In this document: positions 29,797-39,629 of the stretch, piece by piece
How positions within the stretch are numbered: the stretch's first letter is position 1
How the letters are laid out: the number at the start of each line of letters is the position of its first letter
DNA from: Candidatus Tectimicrobiota bacterium
GTDB taxonomy: Bacteria; JACPUC01
DNA length: 64,000 bases
Direction of reading: 5' to 3'
Assembly (NCBI GenBank): GCA_016192455.1
Contig: JACPUC010000001.1
Span: 1-64,000 of the forward strand
The notes under the pieces: model-generated
The model's database searches: none
Seen by the model: only the letters and a program-made list of their open reading frames with translations
Told to the model about the DNA's origin: nothing
Made by a program: the position numbers and the translations under genes

Positions 29797-30975
29797 TTAT
29801 CTCAAGTTCTCGACGATGGTGGCGATGCCCTGTCCGCCGCCGATGCAGAGGGTGGCGAGACCGTAGCGCAGCCGGCGGCGCTGCATCTCATAGAGGAGCT
29901 TCGTCAGGATGGTGACGCCGGTGGCGGCGATGGGGTGCCCCAGGGCGATTGCGCCGCCGTTGACGTTGAGCTTTTCGAGATCGAGCTTCAGCTCCCGTAT
30001 GACGGCGATGGACTGCGAGGCGAACGCCTCATTGAGCTCGATGAGGTCGATGTCGTCCATCACCAGGCCGGCCTTCGCCAGCGCTTTCTTCGTCGCCGGC
30101 ACCGGGCCGATGCCCATGATCTCCGGGGGGACGCCGGCGGAGGCGTAAGAGACGATGCGCGCCAGCGGCTTGACGCCGAGCTGCGCGGCGCGCTCCGCCG
30201 ACATCACCACGGCCATGCCGGCGCCGTCGTTCATCTTGCTGGAGTTGCCGGCGGTCAGGGTGCCGTTCTCCTTGAACACCGGCTGCAGCTTGGCGAGGGA
30301 CTCCATGGTGGTGCCGAAGCGCGGCGTCTCGTCGCTGTCGAAGAGCCGCGTCTGCCCCTTGCCGGCGGGCACCTCGATGGGCGCCACCTCAGCGCGGAAG
30401 CGACCCGAGCGCACCGCCGCTTCGGCCTTGTGCTCGCTCGCCAGGGCGAAGCGGTCCTGCTCCTCGCGGCTGATCTGGTACTGCTCGGCGAGCTTCTCGC
30501 CCGTCTGTCCCATGGTGCAGCCGGAGAGGGGATCATAGAGGACCAGGGGGTCCAGGAGCTGCCCATGCCCCAGCCGGCCTCCCCAGCGCGCCGCCGGCAC
30601 CATGTAGGCGGCGCGGCTCATGCTCTCCAGGCCGCCGGCGACGATGAGGTCGGCATCGCCCGCCTTGATGATCTGCGCCGCCAGGTTCACGGCGCGCAGG
30701 CTACTGCCGCAGTGCTTGTTCATGGTGAACTCCGGCGTCTCGATCGGCACGCCGGCGCGCACGGCGATGACGCGCGAGATGTTCACCGGCGAGTCGCCGG
30801 TGCGATAACTCTGCGCGATGATCACCTCATCGATCGCCTCGAGCGCGATGTCGGCGCGCTCGACCGCGGCGCTGAACGCGGTGACCCCAAGCTTCCAGTC
30901 CGGCACCTCGCGCAGACTGCCGCCAAACTTCCCCACCGGCAGGCGAGCCGCAGCGGCGATGACGACCTCTCTCAT
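29797..30975 (-). CDS. Acetyl-CoA C-acyltransferase (thiolase)
   Basis: NKHCGSS, TAGNSSKMNDGA, NEAFA, NVNGGAIALGHPIAATG, LCIGGGQG. Confidence 0.96.
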   Translation of the reverse strand: MREVVIAAAARLPVGKFGGSLREVPDWKLGVTAFSAAVERADIALEAIDEVIIAQSYRTGDSPVNISRVIAVRAGVPIETPEFTMNKHCGSSLRAVNLAAQIIKAGDADLIVAGGLESMSRAAYMVPAARWGGRLGHGQLLDPLVLYDPLSGCTMGQTGEKLAEQYQISREEQDRFALASEHKAEAAVRSGRFRAEVAPIEVPAGKGQTRLFDSDETPRFGTTMESLAKLQPVFKENGTLTAGNSSKMNDGAGMAVVMSAERAAQLGVKPLARIVSYASAGVPPEIMGIGPVPATKKALAKAGLVMDDIDLIELNEAFASQSIAVIRELKLDLEKLNVNGGAIALGHPIAATGVTILTKLLYEMQRRRLRYGLATLCIGGGQGIATIVENLR

Positions 30976-31395
30976 GCGTCTCCTCCTTGTCTTACCCCGT
31001 TCCTGCCGCGCGAGCCTGAGCAGACTACGGCGCGTTCCAGCCCCCGCGCCGGGTGCCCGCAGGCGACCTTGCGACACCAGGCCCGAGAAGGGGCCGGTCG
31101 GCCCAGGCGCCGTGCCTCTGCGCCCCCCCTGCGGGGAACAGCCTGATGTCGGTCGCTCCTTCCGCAATCATCCCCTGTCGTTGACAGGCTGGGCTGCTCA
31201 CGGCAGGCTGAAAGGTGGCGGTAGCCCGTATGGTTTCGCAGCAGCCCTCCGCTGTCAAGCTGGATCCTCAGACCGGCGGCGCGGCGGCCCGGCGGAGGAC
31301 GCTGCTGTCTGCGGCCCTCTGCCTTGCGGAGCGCAGGGGAGCGGAGGTGGCGGTGCGATCATGCGGTGCAGCAGCCAAGGGCGGCACGAAGGCCG

Positions 31396-31443
31396 TTGAC
31401 ATGCGGAGAGGTCCTCAATATCTTTACAGTCAACTTGTTGTCT
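31396..31443 (+). promoter_or_regulatory. sigma70 promoter and putative MarR operator
   Basis: TTGACA (31396-31401), 17 nt, TATCTT (31419-31424); imperfect palindrome AGTCAAC-TT-GTTGTCT (31428-31443) over the likely start site. Confidence 0.65.
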
Positions 31444-31486
31444 AGTTTCATCGGGGCAATTCCTGCTCTTCCTGAGGCGCGCGCGA

Positions 31487-31927
31487 GTGAATGATAAACA
31501 GCTCCATGAGAACATTGTGCTGCACATCTTCAAGACCGCCAACCTGTTGCTCAAGGTGGGCAACCGGCTGGCCCGCGAGGTCGGCATCTCATTCCAGCAG
31601 TGGTTCATCCTGCTGCAACTATGGGAAAAAGGAGAGCTCGGCGCCACCCCCACGGAGCTGGGGAGCAGCCTGTTCGTGACGAAGCAGAACATGACGGGGA
31701 TGATCGACCGCATGGAGCGGGATGGGTACGTAGCCCGCGGCAGCGATCCGAACGATCGGCGGGTGTCGCGCATCCTCCTGACCAGCAAGGGGCGCAAGGC
31801 GCTGCAGCAGATCGAGCCGCTGAAGGATCAATGGAACAAGGAGGCCTTCGCGCTGCTGACGCGCGAGGAGAAGGAGGCCCTCTTCAAGCTGCTGGACCGC
31901 TACCTGGCCTTCCTGTCGTCGCACTGA
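31487..31927 (+). CDS. MarR family transcriptional regulator
   Basis: GISFQQWFIL..TPTELG..NMTGMIDRMERDGYVAR..DPNDRR..ILLTSKG. Confidence 0.93.
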   Translation: MNDKQLHENIVLHIFKTANLLLKVGNRLAREVGISFQQWFILLQLWEKGELGATPTELGSSLFVTKQNMTGMIDRMERDGYVARGSDPNDRRVSRILLTSKGRKALQQIEPLKDQWNKEAFALLTREEKEALFKLLDRYLAFLSSH

Positions 31928-31993
31928 GTCTGACGCTCCAGCGCGCCCTGGCGGTATCCGCCGCGAACGTTTTTCGTAGGGAGGTGGAGGCTC

Positions 31994-33127
31994 ATGAACT
32001 GGCCCAAGCGACACGTCGATGAGGTGACCACCCGCGTCGTCGGCAAGATGGAGCGCTTCGACCAGCGCGACATCCCGCACACGAAAGCCGCCATCGGCAG
32101 CTACGGCGACAAGGTGCAGGAGCGCTGGACCTCGGAGTCGGTCGATCCCTTCCGGCGCATCTTCTACCCCGAGAAACGTCCCCGCAACTCGCCCATACGC
32201 TCCTGGGTCGGCGTCGCCGACGGTCCGCTGAACCCGGAGCGCGTCGAGGTAGAGAACCCGCGGCGCATGAGCGAGCTGATCAAGGAGGTGGCGCTCTTCC
32301 TGGGGGCGGAGCTGGTCGGCATCTGCGAGCTTGACCAGACCTTCGTTTACACCAAGAAGGGGCTGCGCATCGACTTCCACAAGGGCCGCGACGGCCAGGA
32401 GGTGAAGCTGCCGCACCGCTTCGCCATCTCCTGCGGCCAGCAGATGGGCTACAAGCATTTCCGCTACTCGCCGAGCTTCATCGACAACGCCGAGGTGGGG
32501 CTGGGCTACCTCGAGTCGGGCAAGGTGGCGGTGGCCCTGGCGGCCTACATCCGCGAGCTGGGCTGGCCGGCGAAGGCGCACTTCCACATGGCCGAAGAGG
32601 TCATGCACGTGCCGATCGCCGTGCAGGCGGGGCTGGGCGAACTGGCCCGCAACGGCTCCCTCATCAGCCGCGAGTTCGGCCCCCGCATGCGGCTGTCGAC
32701 CGTCACCACCGACCTGCCGCTTGCCCCCGATAAGCCGGTGGACCTCGGCGTGCAGAAGCTCTGCGCCGAGTGCGACAAGTGCGCCGTCAACTGCCCGGCC
32801 CAGGCGATCCCCTTCGGCGCCAAGGTGGTGACGAACGGCATCGAGCGCTGGCAGGTGGACAATGACAAGTGCATGGTCTACTGGACCGCCAACCGCGCCA
32901 AGTGGAACGATTGCGGCCGCTGCATCGCCGTCTGCCCGTGGAACAAGCCGCCCACCTGGTGGCACCGGGCGGCGAGCTGGGTGGTGCCGCGCTCCCGCCT
33001 GGGACGCAAGCTGCTCCTGCTGCTCGACGACCTGATGAACGGCGTGAAGCCGAAGCCGGCACAGGAGTGGCTCTACTACAAGGTCAACACGCCCGAGAAG
33101 GTCTATGAGCTGAAGGTGGTCAGGTAA
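31994..33127 (+). CDS. Reductive-dehalogenase-like (RdhA/QueG superfamily) protein with two 4Fe-4S motifs
   Basis: LFLGAELVGI, AGLGELARNG..FGPRMRL..VTTDLPLAPDKP, CAECDKCAVNCP and C..CGRCIAVCPWNKP; no Tat signal. Confidence 0.82.
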   Translation: MNWPKRHVDEVTTRVVGKMERFDQRDIPHTKAAIGSYGDKVQERWTSESVDPFRRIFYPEKRPRNSPIRSWVGVADGPLNPERVEVENPRRMSELIKEVALFLGAELVGICELDQTFVYTKKGLRIDFHKGRDGQEVKLPHRFAISCGQQMGYKHFRYSPSFIDNAEVGLGYLESGKVAVALAAYIRELGWPAKAHFHMAEEVMHVPIAVQAGLGELARNGSLISREFGPRMRLSTVTTDLPLAPDKPVDLGVQKLCAECDKCAVNCPAQAIPFGAKVVTNGIERWQVDNDKCMVYWTANRAKWNDCGRCIAVCPWNKPPTWWHRAASWVVPRSRLGRKLLLLLDDLMNGVKPKPAQEWLYYKVNTPEKVYELKVVR

Positions 33128-33152
33128 GTCCTTGGTAGGGTAACCAACCCGA

Positions 33153-33350
33153 ATGCCGCGAAAGATCAGAGAACTCATCAGAGACCTCGAGACTGCCGGC
33201 TTTGTGAATCGAGGAGGGAAGGGAGACCATAGGAACTTCGTGCATCCCAAGGTAGCCAAGCCGGTCACTATCGCCGGGAAAGCTGGAGCGGATGCGAAGC
33301 AGTATCAAGAGAAGGCGGTACGATTAGCAATCGAGGAGTCGCGGGGATGA
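33153..33350 (+). CDS. hicA: HicA family toxin
   Basis: LETAGF..GGKGDHRNFVHP..VTIAG; ATGA overlap with the next gene. Confidence 0.9.
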   Translation: MPRKIRELIRDLETAGFVNRGGKGDHRNFVHPKVAKPVTIAGKAGADAKQYQEKAVRLAIEESRG

Positions 33351-33586
33351 AAGACAGTGCCCGGTATGTCAAGATCGTCGAGTGGTCTGAAGAGGACCAG
33401 TGCTTTGTGGGAAGCTGCCCAGGATTGTTCTATGGAGGTTGTCACGGCGACGATGAACAAGCCGTTTTCGCGGAGTTGTGCGAAGTCGTGGACGAGACGA
33501 TCGAGCTGTACAAGAAGGATGGGAGGACCTTGCCTCCTCCTACCGCTGGAAAGGACTACGCCAACAAGATGCTTCACGTTGCCTGA
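33347..33586 (+). CDS. hicB: HicB family antitoxin (short form)
   Basis: IVEWSEEDQCFVGSCPGL..GCHGD..ELYKKDGRTLPPP. Confidence 0.88.
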   Translation: MKDSARYVKIVEWSEEDQCFVGSCPGLFYGGCHGDDEQAVFAELCEVVDETIELYKKDGRTLPPPTAGKDYANKMLHVA

Positions 33587-33859
33587 CAACTACGGAACGA
33601 AGCCTTACGGATAAGAGGGCGGACGTCTCAGCCCCGGCGTTGACCCCTTTCTATTGGAAACAGAAAAAGACTCCTGAGATATTTTTAATCCGGCGGGGAC
33701 TTTTCCGGGGATCAGGCGAACCCTCGGCGTGCTGACCCTACCGCGTTGAACGGCTAATGCTGAGTCGGCGTCCTGGAGGCGGTAGGCGCGATCAGGTGCG
33801 AATCGCGGGCTTCATCGTGGCGTCAGGTCGTGCGCTCTCTGCGCTGCATGGGTGAAGGG

Positions 33860-35512
33860 ATGTTGCGAATCGTTGCAGGGTTGCGGTCCTCGTGTCGGGG
33901 GTTTCGCGTGCCGGTATGGCCGGCGCTCGTCGCCGTGGCCGCACTTGCCCTGCTGTCCGCTCACCTGCTTGGGGTGAGTGCGGCTCAGACAACGCCGCGC
34001 TCCGACTCCGCCGGCGCCGAGATCCCTCGGCGCGGCGGCACCCTCATCTACGGGCGCGGCGGCGATTCGGTGAACCTCGACCCGGCGCACGCCATTGACG
34101 GCGAGTCGCTGAAGATCGCCGATAACGTCTTCGACACGCTGGTGCGCTATCGCCTCGGCACCACCGAGCTCGAGCCGGCCCTGGCGACCTCGTGGGAAGT
34201 CTCCAAGGATGGCCTCGCCTACACCTTTCACCTGCGCCGCGGCGTCACCTTCCACGACGGCACGCCCTTCGATGCCGACGCCGTCATCTTCTCCCTGGCG
34301 CGGCAGCTCGATCCCCGGCACCCTTTCCACAAGGTGGGGGGACGGTACCTCTACTGGGACGCCATGCGCATGGCTGACATCGTCGAGCGCCTTGAGGCGC
34401 TCGATCCCTACCGCGTGCGCATCACCCTGAAGCAGCCCGAAGCCCCCTTCCTGGCTAACCTGGGGATGAACTTCGCCGCCATCGTCAGCCCCGCCGCGGC
34501 GCGCCGGTACGGCGAAACCTTCTCCAGCCACCCGGTGGGGACCGGCCCCTTCATCTTCGAGCGCTGGCGCAAGGACGACCGCATCGAGCTGCGCGCCAAC
34601 CCCTCCTACTGGGAGGGCCGCCCCTACCTCGATCGCCTCATCTTCCGCTCCATCCCCGATAACTCCGTGCGCTACCTCGAGCTGCGCGGCGGGGCCATCC
34701 ACATCATGGAGTTCCCCAACCCCGATGACCTGCCGCTCATCGAGCGCGACCGCAGCCTGCAACTGCTCTCACAGCCGGGGATGAACGTCGGCTACCTGGC
34801 GCTGAACACCCGCCGGCCTCCCTTCGATAACCCCCTCGTGCGGCGCGCCGTGAACCATGCCATCAACAAGGAGGCGCTCGTGCAGGTCGTTTTCGGCGGC
34901 CGCGCCCAGCCGGCGGTCAACCCGCTGCCGCCGGTGATTTGGGGCTACCATGACGGCATCGCGGCGTACGCCTACGATCCCGCCCGCGCCCGCCGGCTTC
35001 TTGCCGAGGCCGGTCTGCCGAACGGCTTCCCGGCCGCGCTCTGGGCCATGACCGTACCGCGCCCCTACATGCCGGATGGACTCAAGGCGGCGGAGGCCAT
35101 CCGCGCCGATCTCAGCCAGGTCGGGGTCACGGCGCGCATCGTCACCTACGAGTGGGGGACCTACCTCGCCAAGACGCGCAACGGCGAACACGACATGGCC
35201 CTCCTCGGCTGGACGGGCGATAACGGCGATCCCGACAACTTCCTCGCCGTGCTCTTCGAGGCCACGAGCAACGCCAACATCGCCTTCTACCAGAACGCCG
35301 AGCTGCAGGATCTCCTGCAGCGCGCCAAGCGGAGCACCGCGCAAACCGTCCGCGAAGGCCTCTACCGCCGCGCCCAGGAGATCATCCACGGCGACGCCCC
35401 CTGGGTGCCCCTCGCGCATGCGGTGCAAGTGCTCCCTATGCGGCGCAACGTCCAGGGCTTCGTCCTCGAGCCGACCGGCAAGCGGCGGCTGCATCGGACC
35501 TGGCTGCGGTGA
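33860..35512 (+). CDS. dppA: Dipeptide/oligopeptide ABC transporter substrate-binding protein (DppA-like)
   Basis: LDPA, EPALATSWEVS, LRRGVTFHDG, PVGTGPF, RPYMPD, GWTGDNGDPDNF; start uncertain (33830-33908). Confidence 0.9.
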   Translation: MLRIVAGLRSSCRGFRVPVWPALVAVAALALLSAHLLGVSAAQTTPRSDSAGAEIPRRGGTLIYGRGGDSVNLDPAHAIDGESLKIADNVFDTLVRYRLGTTELEPALATSWEVSKDGLAYTFHLRRGVTFHDGTPFDADAVIFSLARQLDPRHPFHKVGGRYLYWDAMRMADIVERLEALDPYRVRITLKQPEAPFLANLGMNFAAIVSPAAARRYGETFSSHPVGTGPFIFERWRKDDRIELRANPSYWEGRPYLDRLIFRSIPDNSVRYLELRGGAIHIMEFPNPDDLPLIERDRSLQLLSQPGMNVGYLALNTRRPPFDNPLVRRAVNHAINKEALVQVVFGGRAQPAVNPLPPVIWGYHDGIAAYAYDPARARRLLAEAGLPNGFPAALWAMTVPRPYMPDGLKAAEAIRADLSQVGVTARIVTYEWGTYLAKTRNGEHDMALLGWTGDNGDPDNFLAVLFEATSNANIAFYQNAELQDLLQRAKRSTAQTVREGLYRRAQEIIHGDAPWVPLAHAVQVLPMRRNVQGFVLEPTGKRRLHRTWLR

Positions 35513-35554
35513 CGGGCACACCAGGGCGCCGTCCCACAAGTCCGCGGTGAGACC

Positions 35555-36562
35555 ATGCTCCCCCTCGTCCTGCGCCGTTGCCTCAGCATCGTGCCGACGC
35601 TCTTCGTCGTCTCGGTGCTGATGTTCCTGCTGGCGCGGCTGGCGCCGGGCGACCCGGCGGTGCTGCTGCTGGGCGAGCGCGCCACCCCCGAGGCGGTGGC
35701 CGCCCTGCGCCGCGACCTTGGCCTCGACGATCCCCTCCTGGCACAGTACGGGCGCTACGCGCTGAAGGTGCTGCGGGGCGACTTCGGCTTGTCGCTGCGG
35801 ACGCGCGCGCCGGTGGGCGAGGAGCTGTGGGAGCGCTTCCCGGCCACCCTCGAGCTGGCCCTGGTGAGCATGCTCTGGGCCACGGCCGTCGGCATGCTTG
35901 CCGGCGTCCTGGCGGCGCTGCGGCGCGGCGGCTGGTTCGACCTCCTGAGCCGGGCCGCCGCCGTCACCGGCGTTTCCATGCCGGTCTACTGGCTGGGGCT
36001 TCTGCTGCTGCTGATCTTCTCCGTCTGGCTTGGCTGGCTGCCGCTCTCCGGCCGTCTCAGCATCGGCCTCGAGGCGCCGCGCGTCAGCGGGCTGCTCCTC
36101 GTCGATACGCTGCTGGCGGGGGATCGCGGCGCTTTCCTCGATGCGCTGCGCCACCTCATTCTGCCGGCGCTGGCGCTGGGGTCCATCCCGGTGGCGCTGG
36201 TCGCCCGCATGACGCGGGCCAGCGTGCTTGACGTCCTGCATCAGGATTACGTGCGCACGGCCCGCGCCAAGGGGTTGCCGCCGCGGCGGGTGGTGGGGAA
36301 GCATGTCCTAAAGAACGCGCTCATCGCCATCACTACCGTGGTGGGGCTGCAGTTCGGCCTGCTGCTGAGCGGCGCCATCCTGACCGAAACGATCTTCTCC
36401 TGGCCGGGGATGGGGCGCTGGCTCATCCAGGCCGTCTACGAGCGTGATTTCCAGGTGCTGCAATGCGGCGCCCTCGTCGTCGCCACGGCCTTCGTGCTCA
36501 TCAACCTCCTTGTCGATCTCTCCTATCTCGCGGTTGATCCGCGCCTGCGGCAAAGGAGCTGA
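35555..36562 (+). CDS. dppB: Peptide ABC transporter permease (DppB-like)
   Basis: PGDP, RFPATLEL, DYVRTARAKG, ETIFSWPGMG. Confidence 0.93.
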   Translation: MLPLVLRRCLSIVPTLFVVSVLMFLLARLAPGDPAVLLLGERATPEAVAALRRDLGLDDPLLAQYGRYALKVLRGDFGLSLRTRAPVGEELWERFPATLELALVSMLWATAVGMLAGVLAALRRGGWFDLLSRAAAVTGVSMPVYWLGLLLLLIFSVWLGWLPLSGRLSIGLEAPRVSGLLLVDTLLAGDRGAFLDALRHLILPALALGSIPVALVARMTRASVLDVLHQDYVRTARAKGLPPRRVVGKHVLKNALIAITTVVGLQFGLLLSGAILTETIFSWPGMGRWLIQAVYERDFQVLQCGALVVATAFVLINLLVDLSYLAVDPRLRQRS

Positions 36563-36688
36563 GCAGCTCGCCGCCTCTCGGCGGGCCTGGCGTCGCCACA
36601 CCATCCCGCGCTGCTGCTTGCTCGACGCTGCCGCCATGTGTAGGCTAAGAGGCGTTGGATCGGCGATGCGCCGCCGCGGAAGAGGGCG

Positions 36689-36988
36689 ATGTCTCGCATG
36701 CGCTGCCACAACTGTTCGACGAGCATCGAGGTGCAGCCGGGGGCGCCGCTGGCGCGCAACGCTGAGTGCCCGAGCTGCGCGGCGGAGCTGCACTGCTGCC
36801 TCAACTGCCGCTTCTACGACAGCGCGGCGCCGAACCAGTGTCGCGAGCCGCAGGCCGAGTGGGTGGCGCGCAAAGAGCGGGCGAACTTCTGCGGCTTCTT
36901 CACCCCTCAGGCGGAGGAGGGGAGGCGCCCGCCGAGGACCTCCAAGGAGACGGCGCGCGACCAGTTGAAGCGGTTGTTCAAGAAGTAG
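36689..36988 (+). CDS. Small Cys-rich (probably Zn-binding) hypothetical protein
   Basis: CxxC, CxxC, CCxxC, C, NFC pattern; codon usage like the host; sits between dppB and dppC. Confidence 0.75.
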   Translation: MSRMRCHNCSTSIEVQPGAPLARNAECPSCAAELHCCLNCRFYDSAAPNQCREPQAEWVARKERANFCGFFTPQAEEGRRPPRTSKETARDQLKRLFKK

Positions 36989-37051
36989 CCGCTGCTTCGT
37001 GGCGGGAGAGGCGCGGGCGCTGCGGCATCTGCCCCGGCTTCGTGGTGGAGG

Positions 37052-37894
37052 GTGGGAAGAATCTTGGGCAGGGGGTCGCTGTCGCTCCTCGCGGGGAGCG
37101 CCATCGTTATCGTCATGGTGCTCGCCGCGGCGCTGGCGCCGCTGCTGGCGCCGCACCCGCCCCTGGCCCACGATCTCCCCAACCGCCTGCGGCCCCCCTG
37201 GGGGTTCGCCGCCGGCGACGCCCGCCATCTCCTCGGCACCGATGACTTCGGCCGCGATCTCCTCAGCCGGCTCCTCCACGGGGCGCGCTATTCCCTCCTG
37301 GTGGGTTTCCTCTCCATGGGCATCGCCCTCCTCGGCGGCGGCGTCCTCGGCGCGGCGGCGGGCTTCGCGGGGCGCCTGGCGGATGTCGTCCTCATGCGCG
37401 CCGTCGATGTGATGCTCGCCTTCCCGGCCATCCTCCTGGCCATCATCATCGTGGCGCTCCTGGGGCCGAGCCTCGGTCACGCCATGCTCGCCGTGGGCGT
37501 CGTCGGCATCCCGCACGTGGCCCGCCTGACGCGCGCCACGGTGATGGCGGAGCTGGCGCGCGACTACGTCCTGGCTGCCCGCGCCGCGGGAGCCGGCGCC
37601 CCCCGCGTCCTCCTGCGCGGCATCCTCCCCAACATCGCGGGGCCGCTGGCGGTGCAGGCGAGCCTCACCTTTGCGAGCGCCATTGTCGAGGCGGCGGGAC
37701 TCAGCTTCCTCGGCCTCGGCGCCCAGCCGCCCTTGCCGGAGTGGGGGGCCATGCTCAACGCGGGCCGACCCCTCCTCTTCCGCGCTTGGTGGGTGATCAC
37801 CTTCCCTGGTTTGGCGATCCTCCTGGCGGGTCTGGCGTTCAACCTCCTCGGCGACGGCCTGCGCGACCTCCTCGATCCGGCCGGGCGGCGCTAG
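37052..37894 (+). CDS. dppC: Peptide ABC transporter permease (DppC-like)
   Basis: HLLGTDDFGRDLLSRL, LSFLGLGAQPPLPEWG, FNLLGDGLRD. Confidence 0.93.
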   Translation: MGRILGRGSLSLLAGSAIVIVMVLAAALAPLLAPHPPLAHDLPNRLRPPWGFAAGDARHLLGTDDFGRDLLSRLLHGARYSLLVGFLSMGIALLGGGVLGAAAGFAGRLADVVLMRAVDVMLAFPAILLAIIIVALLGPSLGHAMLAVGVVGIPHVARLTRATVMAELARDYVLAARAAGAGAPRVLLRGILPNIAGPLAVQASLTFASAIVEAAGLSFLGLGAQPPLPEWGAMLNAGRPLLFRAWWVITFPGLAILLAGLAFNLLGDGLRDLLDPAGRR

Positions 37895-38280
37895 GACGCG
37901 CCTTGCAGGCACTCGCCGCGGGGGGGCCCTCGCTCCCGCGGCCACGCCGGCGACGTCGCTCCTCACGGACATGGCGCGTGCCCAGCCCCCCAGTTGCCGG
38001 CTTCGAGCCGCCTGGGTCCGTAGCGTGTTGACGCAAGAGCGGCATTGGGAATATCCTGGTGAACAATCAAGAAAGCTTTCCGCCCGAAAGAGTTGGGGCG
38101 TCGCGGGGCGGCTTTCGGGTGGCTCCGACGTTCCGCCGCGCACGCAGACCGCCCAGAAGGTGGGTGCGAGTTCCTGTAAACCGTTACCGGCCGTCCTGCG
38201 CCGTCGAATTCCGGCTCATTCTCAATGCCGATCGACCGGACACCGTCCCTGCGCGGGATGTATCAAAGGGGGGAATGGCG

Positions 38281-39450
38281 ATGCAAGCGAGGATATATCG
38301 AATCGTCGTCGTTGCGGTGGCCCTGCTGTTAGCTCTCGCTATCCTGCCGGCGCCGCGAACTGCTGCTGCTGAGTTGAAGATCGGCGCCATTCTGCCCATC
38401 TCGGGCTACCTGGCGGCCGTGGGCCAGGGACAAAAGGTTGCCATGGACATGGCGGTGGAGGAAATCAACGCCGCCGGCGGCGTCAACGGCAAAAAGATTC
38501 AGGTCATGGTGGTTGACGATAGCGGCAAGATCGAGGAATCGATCACCGCGGCAAAGCGCGTGATCGACCGCGACAAGGTGCTGATGATCTGGGGTCCCTT
38601 CACGAGCGGCCAGTCCGAAAGCACCTTCCCGGTTGCCAATCGCGCCGGCGTGCCGATCGTCTCCTCCTCGTCAGCGAAGCCCGGCGTCGCGGCGGCGAAC
38701 CGGCCCTGGGCGTTTCGGAACTCCGTGACGACCGATAAGCGCTACCGCGATATCGTTCAACTCTGGGTGAAGCGGTTCAACATCAAGCGGGTGGTGATTC
38801 TCTTCGACAGCCAGGAACCGGTGATGAAGGCCACGGCCGAGCAGGACTTTCCGATGCTGGTGAAGAATGCCGGAGCGCAGGTTGTCGATTCGATCACGCA
38901 TGGGACGAAAGACGTTGATCACAGCGCCCAGATCACCCGCTTGAAGTCCGTGAAACCGGATGGCGTGATGGTGAGCGCCGTCCATGGCGGCGCCGCGTTG
39001 ATCGCCAAGGAAATGGTGAAGCAAGGGCTGGGGAAACTCCCCGTCATGGGCGGCATTGCGCATGATTCGCGCTGGGTGGAGCTGGCGGGCAGCGCCGCCG
39101 AGGGCGCCTGGACGACCAACGGCTTCTGGACCGATAGTCCCGATGCCAACATGCAGAAGTTCCTCAAAGCGTTCAAGGAGCGCAGCAAAGGGGGATTCGC
39201 GCCGAACGCGGAAATCGCCGCCCTCTACGACACGGTCCACATCAGCGCGAAGATCATGAAAGAGCAGGCAATTACAGGCGAGCCGGCGAAGCTCCAGGAG
39301 GAGCGCGAGAAAATCCGTCGGGGCTGGGAAGCGGTGAAGGAGTATCCAGGCGTGACCGGCCTCACCACCATGACGCCGAGCGGCGATACCTTCAAGACCA
39401 CGGAGATGCTGGTGGTGCGGGAGGGGCGTTTCCAGCGCATTCCGCAATAG
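38281..39450 (+). CDS. Branched-chain amino acid (LivJ/K-like) ABC substrate-binding protein
   Basis: Signal peptide; LKIGAILPISG..AVEEINAAGGVNGK. Confidence 0.9.
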   Translation: MQARIYRIVVVAVALLLALAILPAPRTAAAELKIGAILPISGYLAAVGQGQKVAMDMAVEEINAAGGVNGKKIQVMVVDDSGKIEESITAAKRVIDRDKVLMIWGPFTSGQSESTFPVANRAGVPIVSSSSAKPGVAAANRPWAFRNSVTTDKRYRDIVQLWVKRFNIKRVVILFDSQEPVMKATAEQDFPMLVKNAGAQVVDSITHGTKDVDHSAQITRLKSVKPDGVMVSAVHGGAALIAKEMVKQGLGKLPVMGGIAHDSRWVELAGSAAEGAWTTNGFWTDSPDANMQKFLKAFKERSKGGFAPNAEIAALYDTVHISAKIMKEQAITGEPAKLQEEREKIRRGWEAVKEYPGVTGLTTMTPSGDTFKTTEMLVVREGRFQRIPQ

Positions 39451-39629
39451 CGCCAGGAGAACCTGCCAGGCCGCGTTGGAAGCAGGCGGCGGTTGGCGGT
39501 TTTCGCCGCGGGCCGCCGCCGAAGCGCTGTTGCTGCGGCGAGCTCCCCGTCGCGCAGGGGTGGGAGTGATCGGCGGCGGGAGGGGCCGTCCCATTGCTGA
39601 GGCGGCGGCAGAGAGGCAGCCGCGGCAGC

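Noticed and set aside
33581..33790. GCCTGAC...GGTAGGC after hicB as a possible attC site
   Set aside because: Both ends deviate from RYYYAAC/GTTRRRY, the spacing is too long, and there is no integron integrase or second site.
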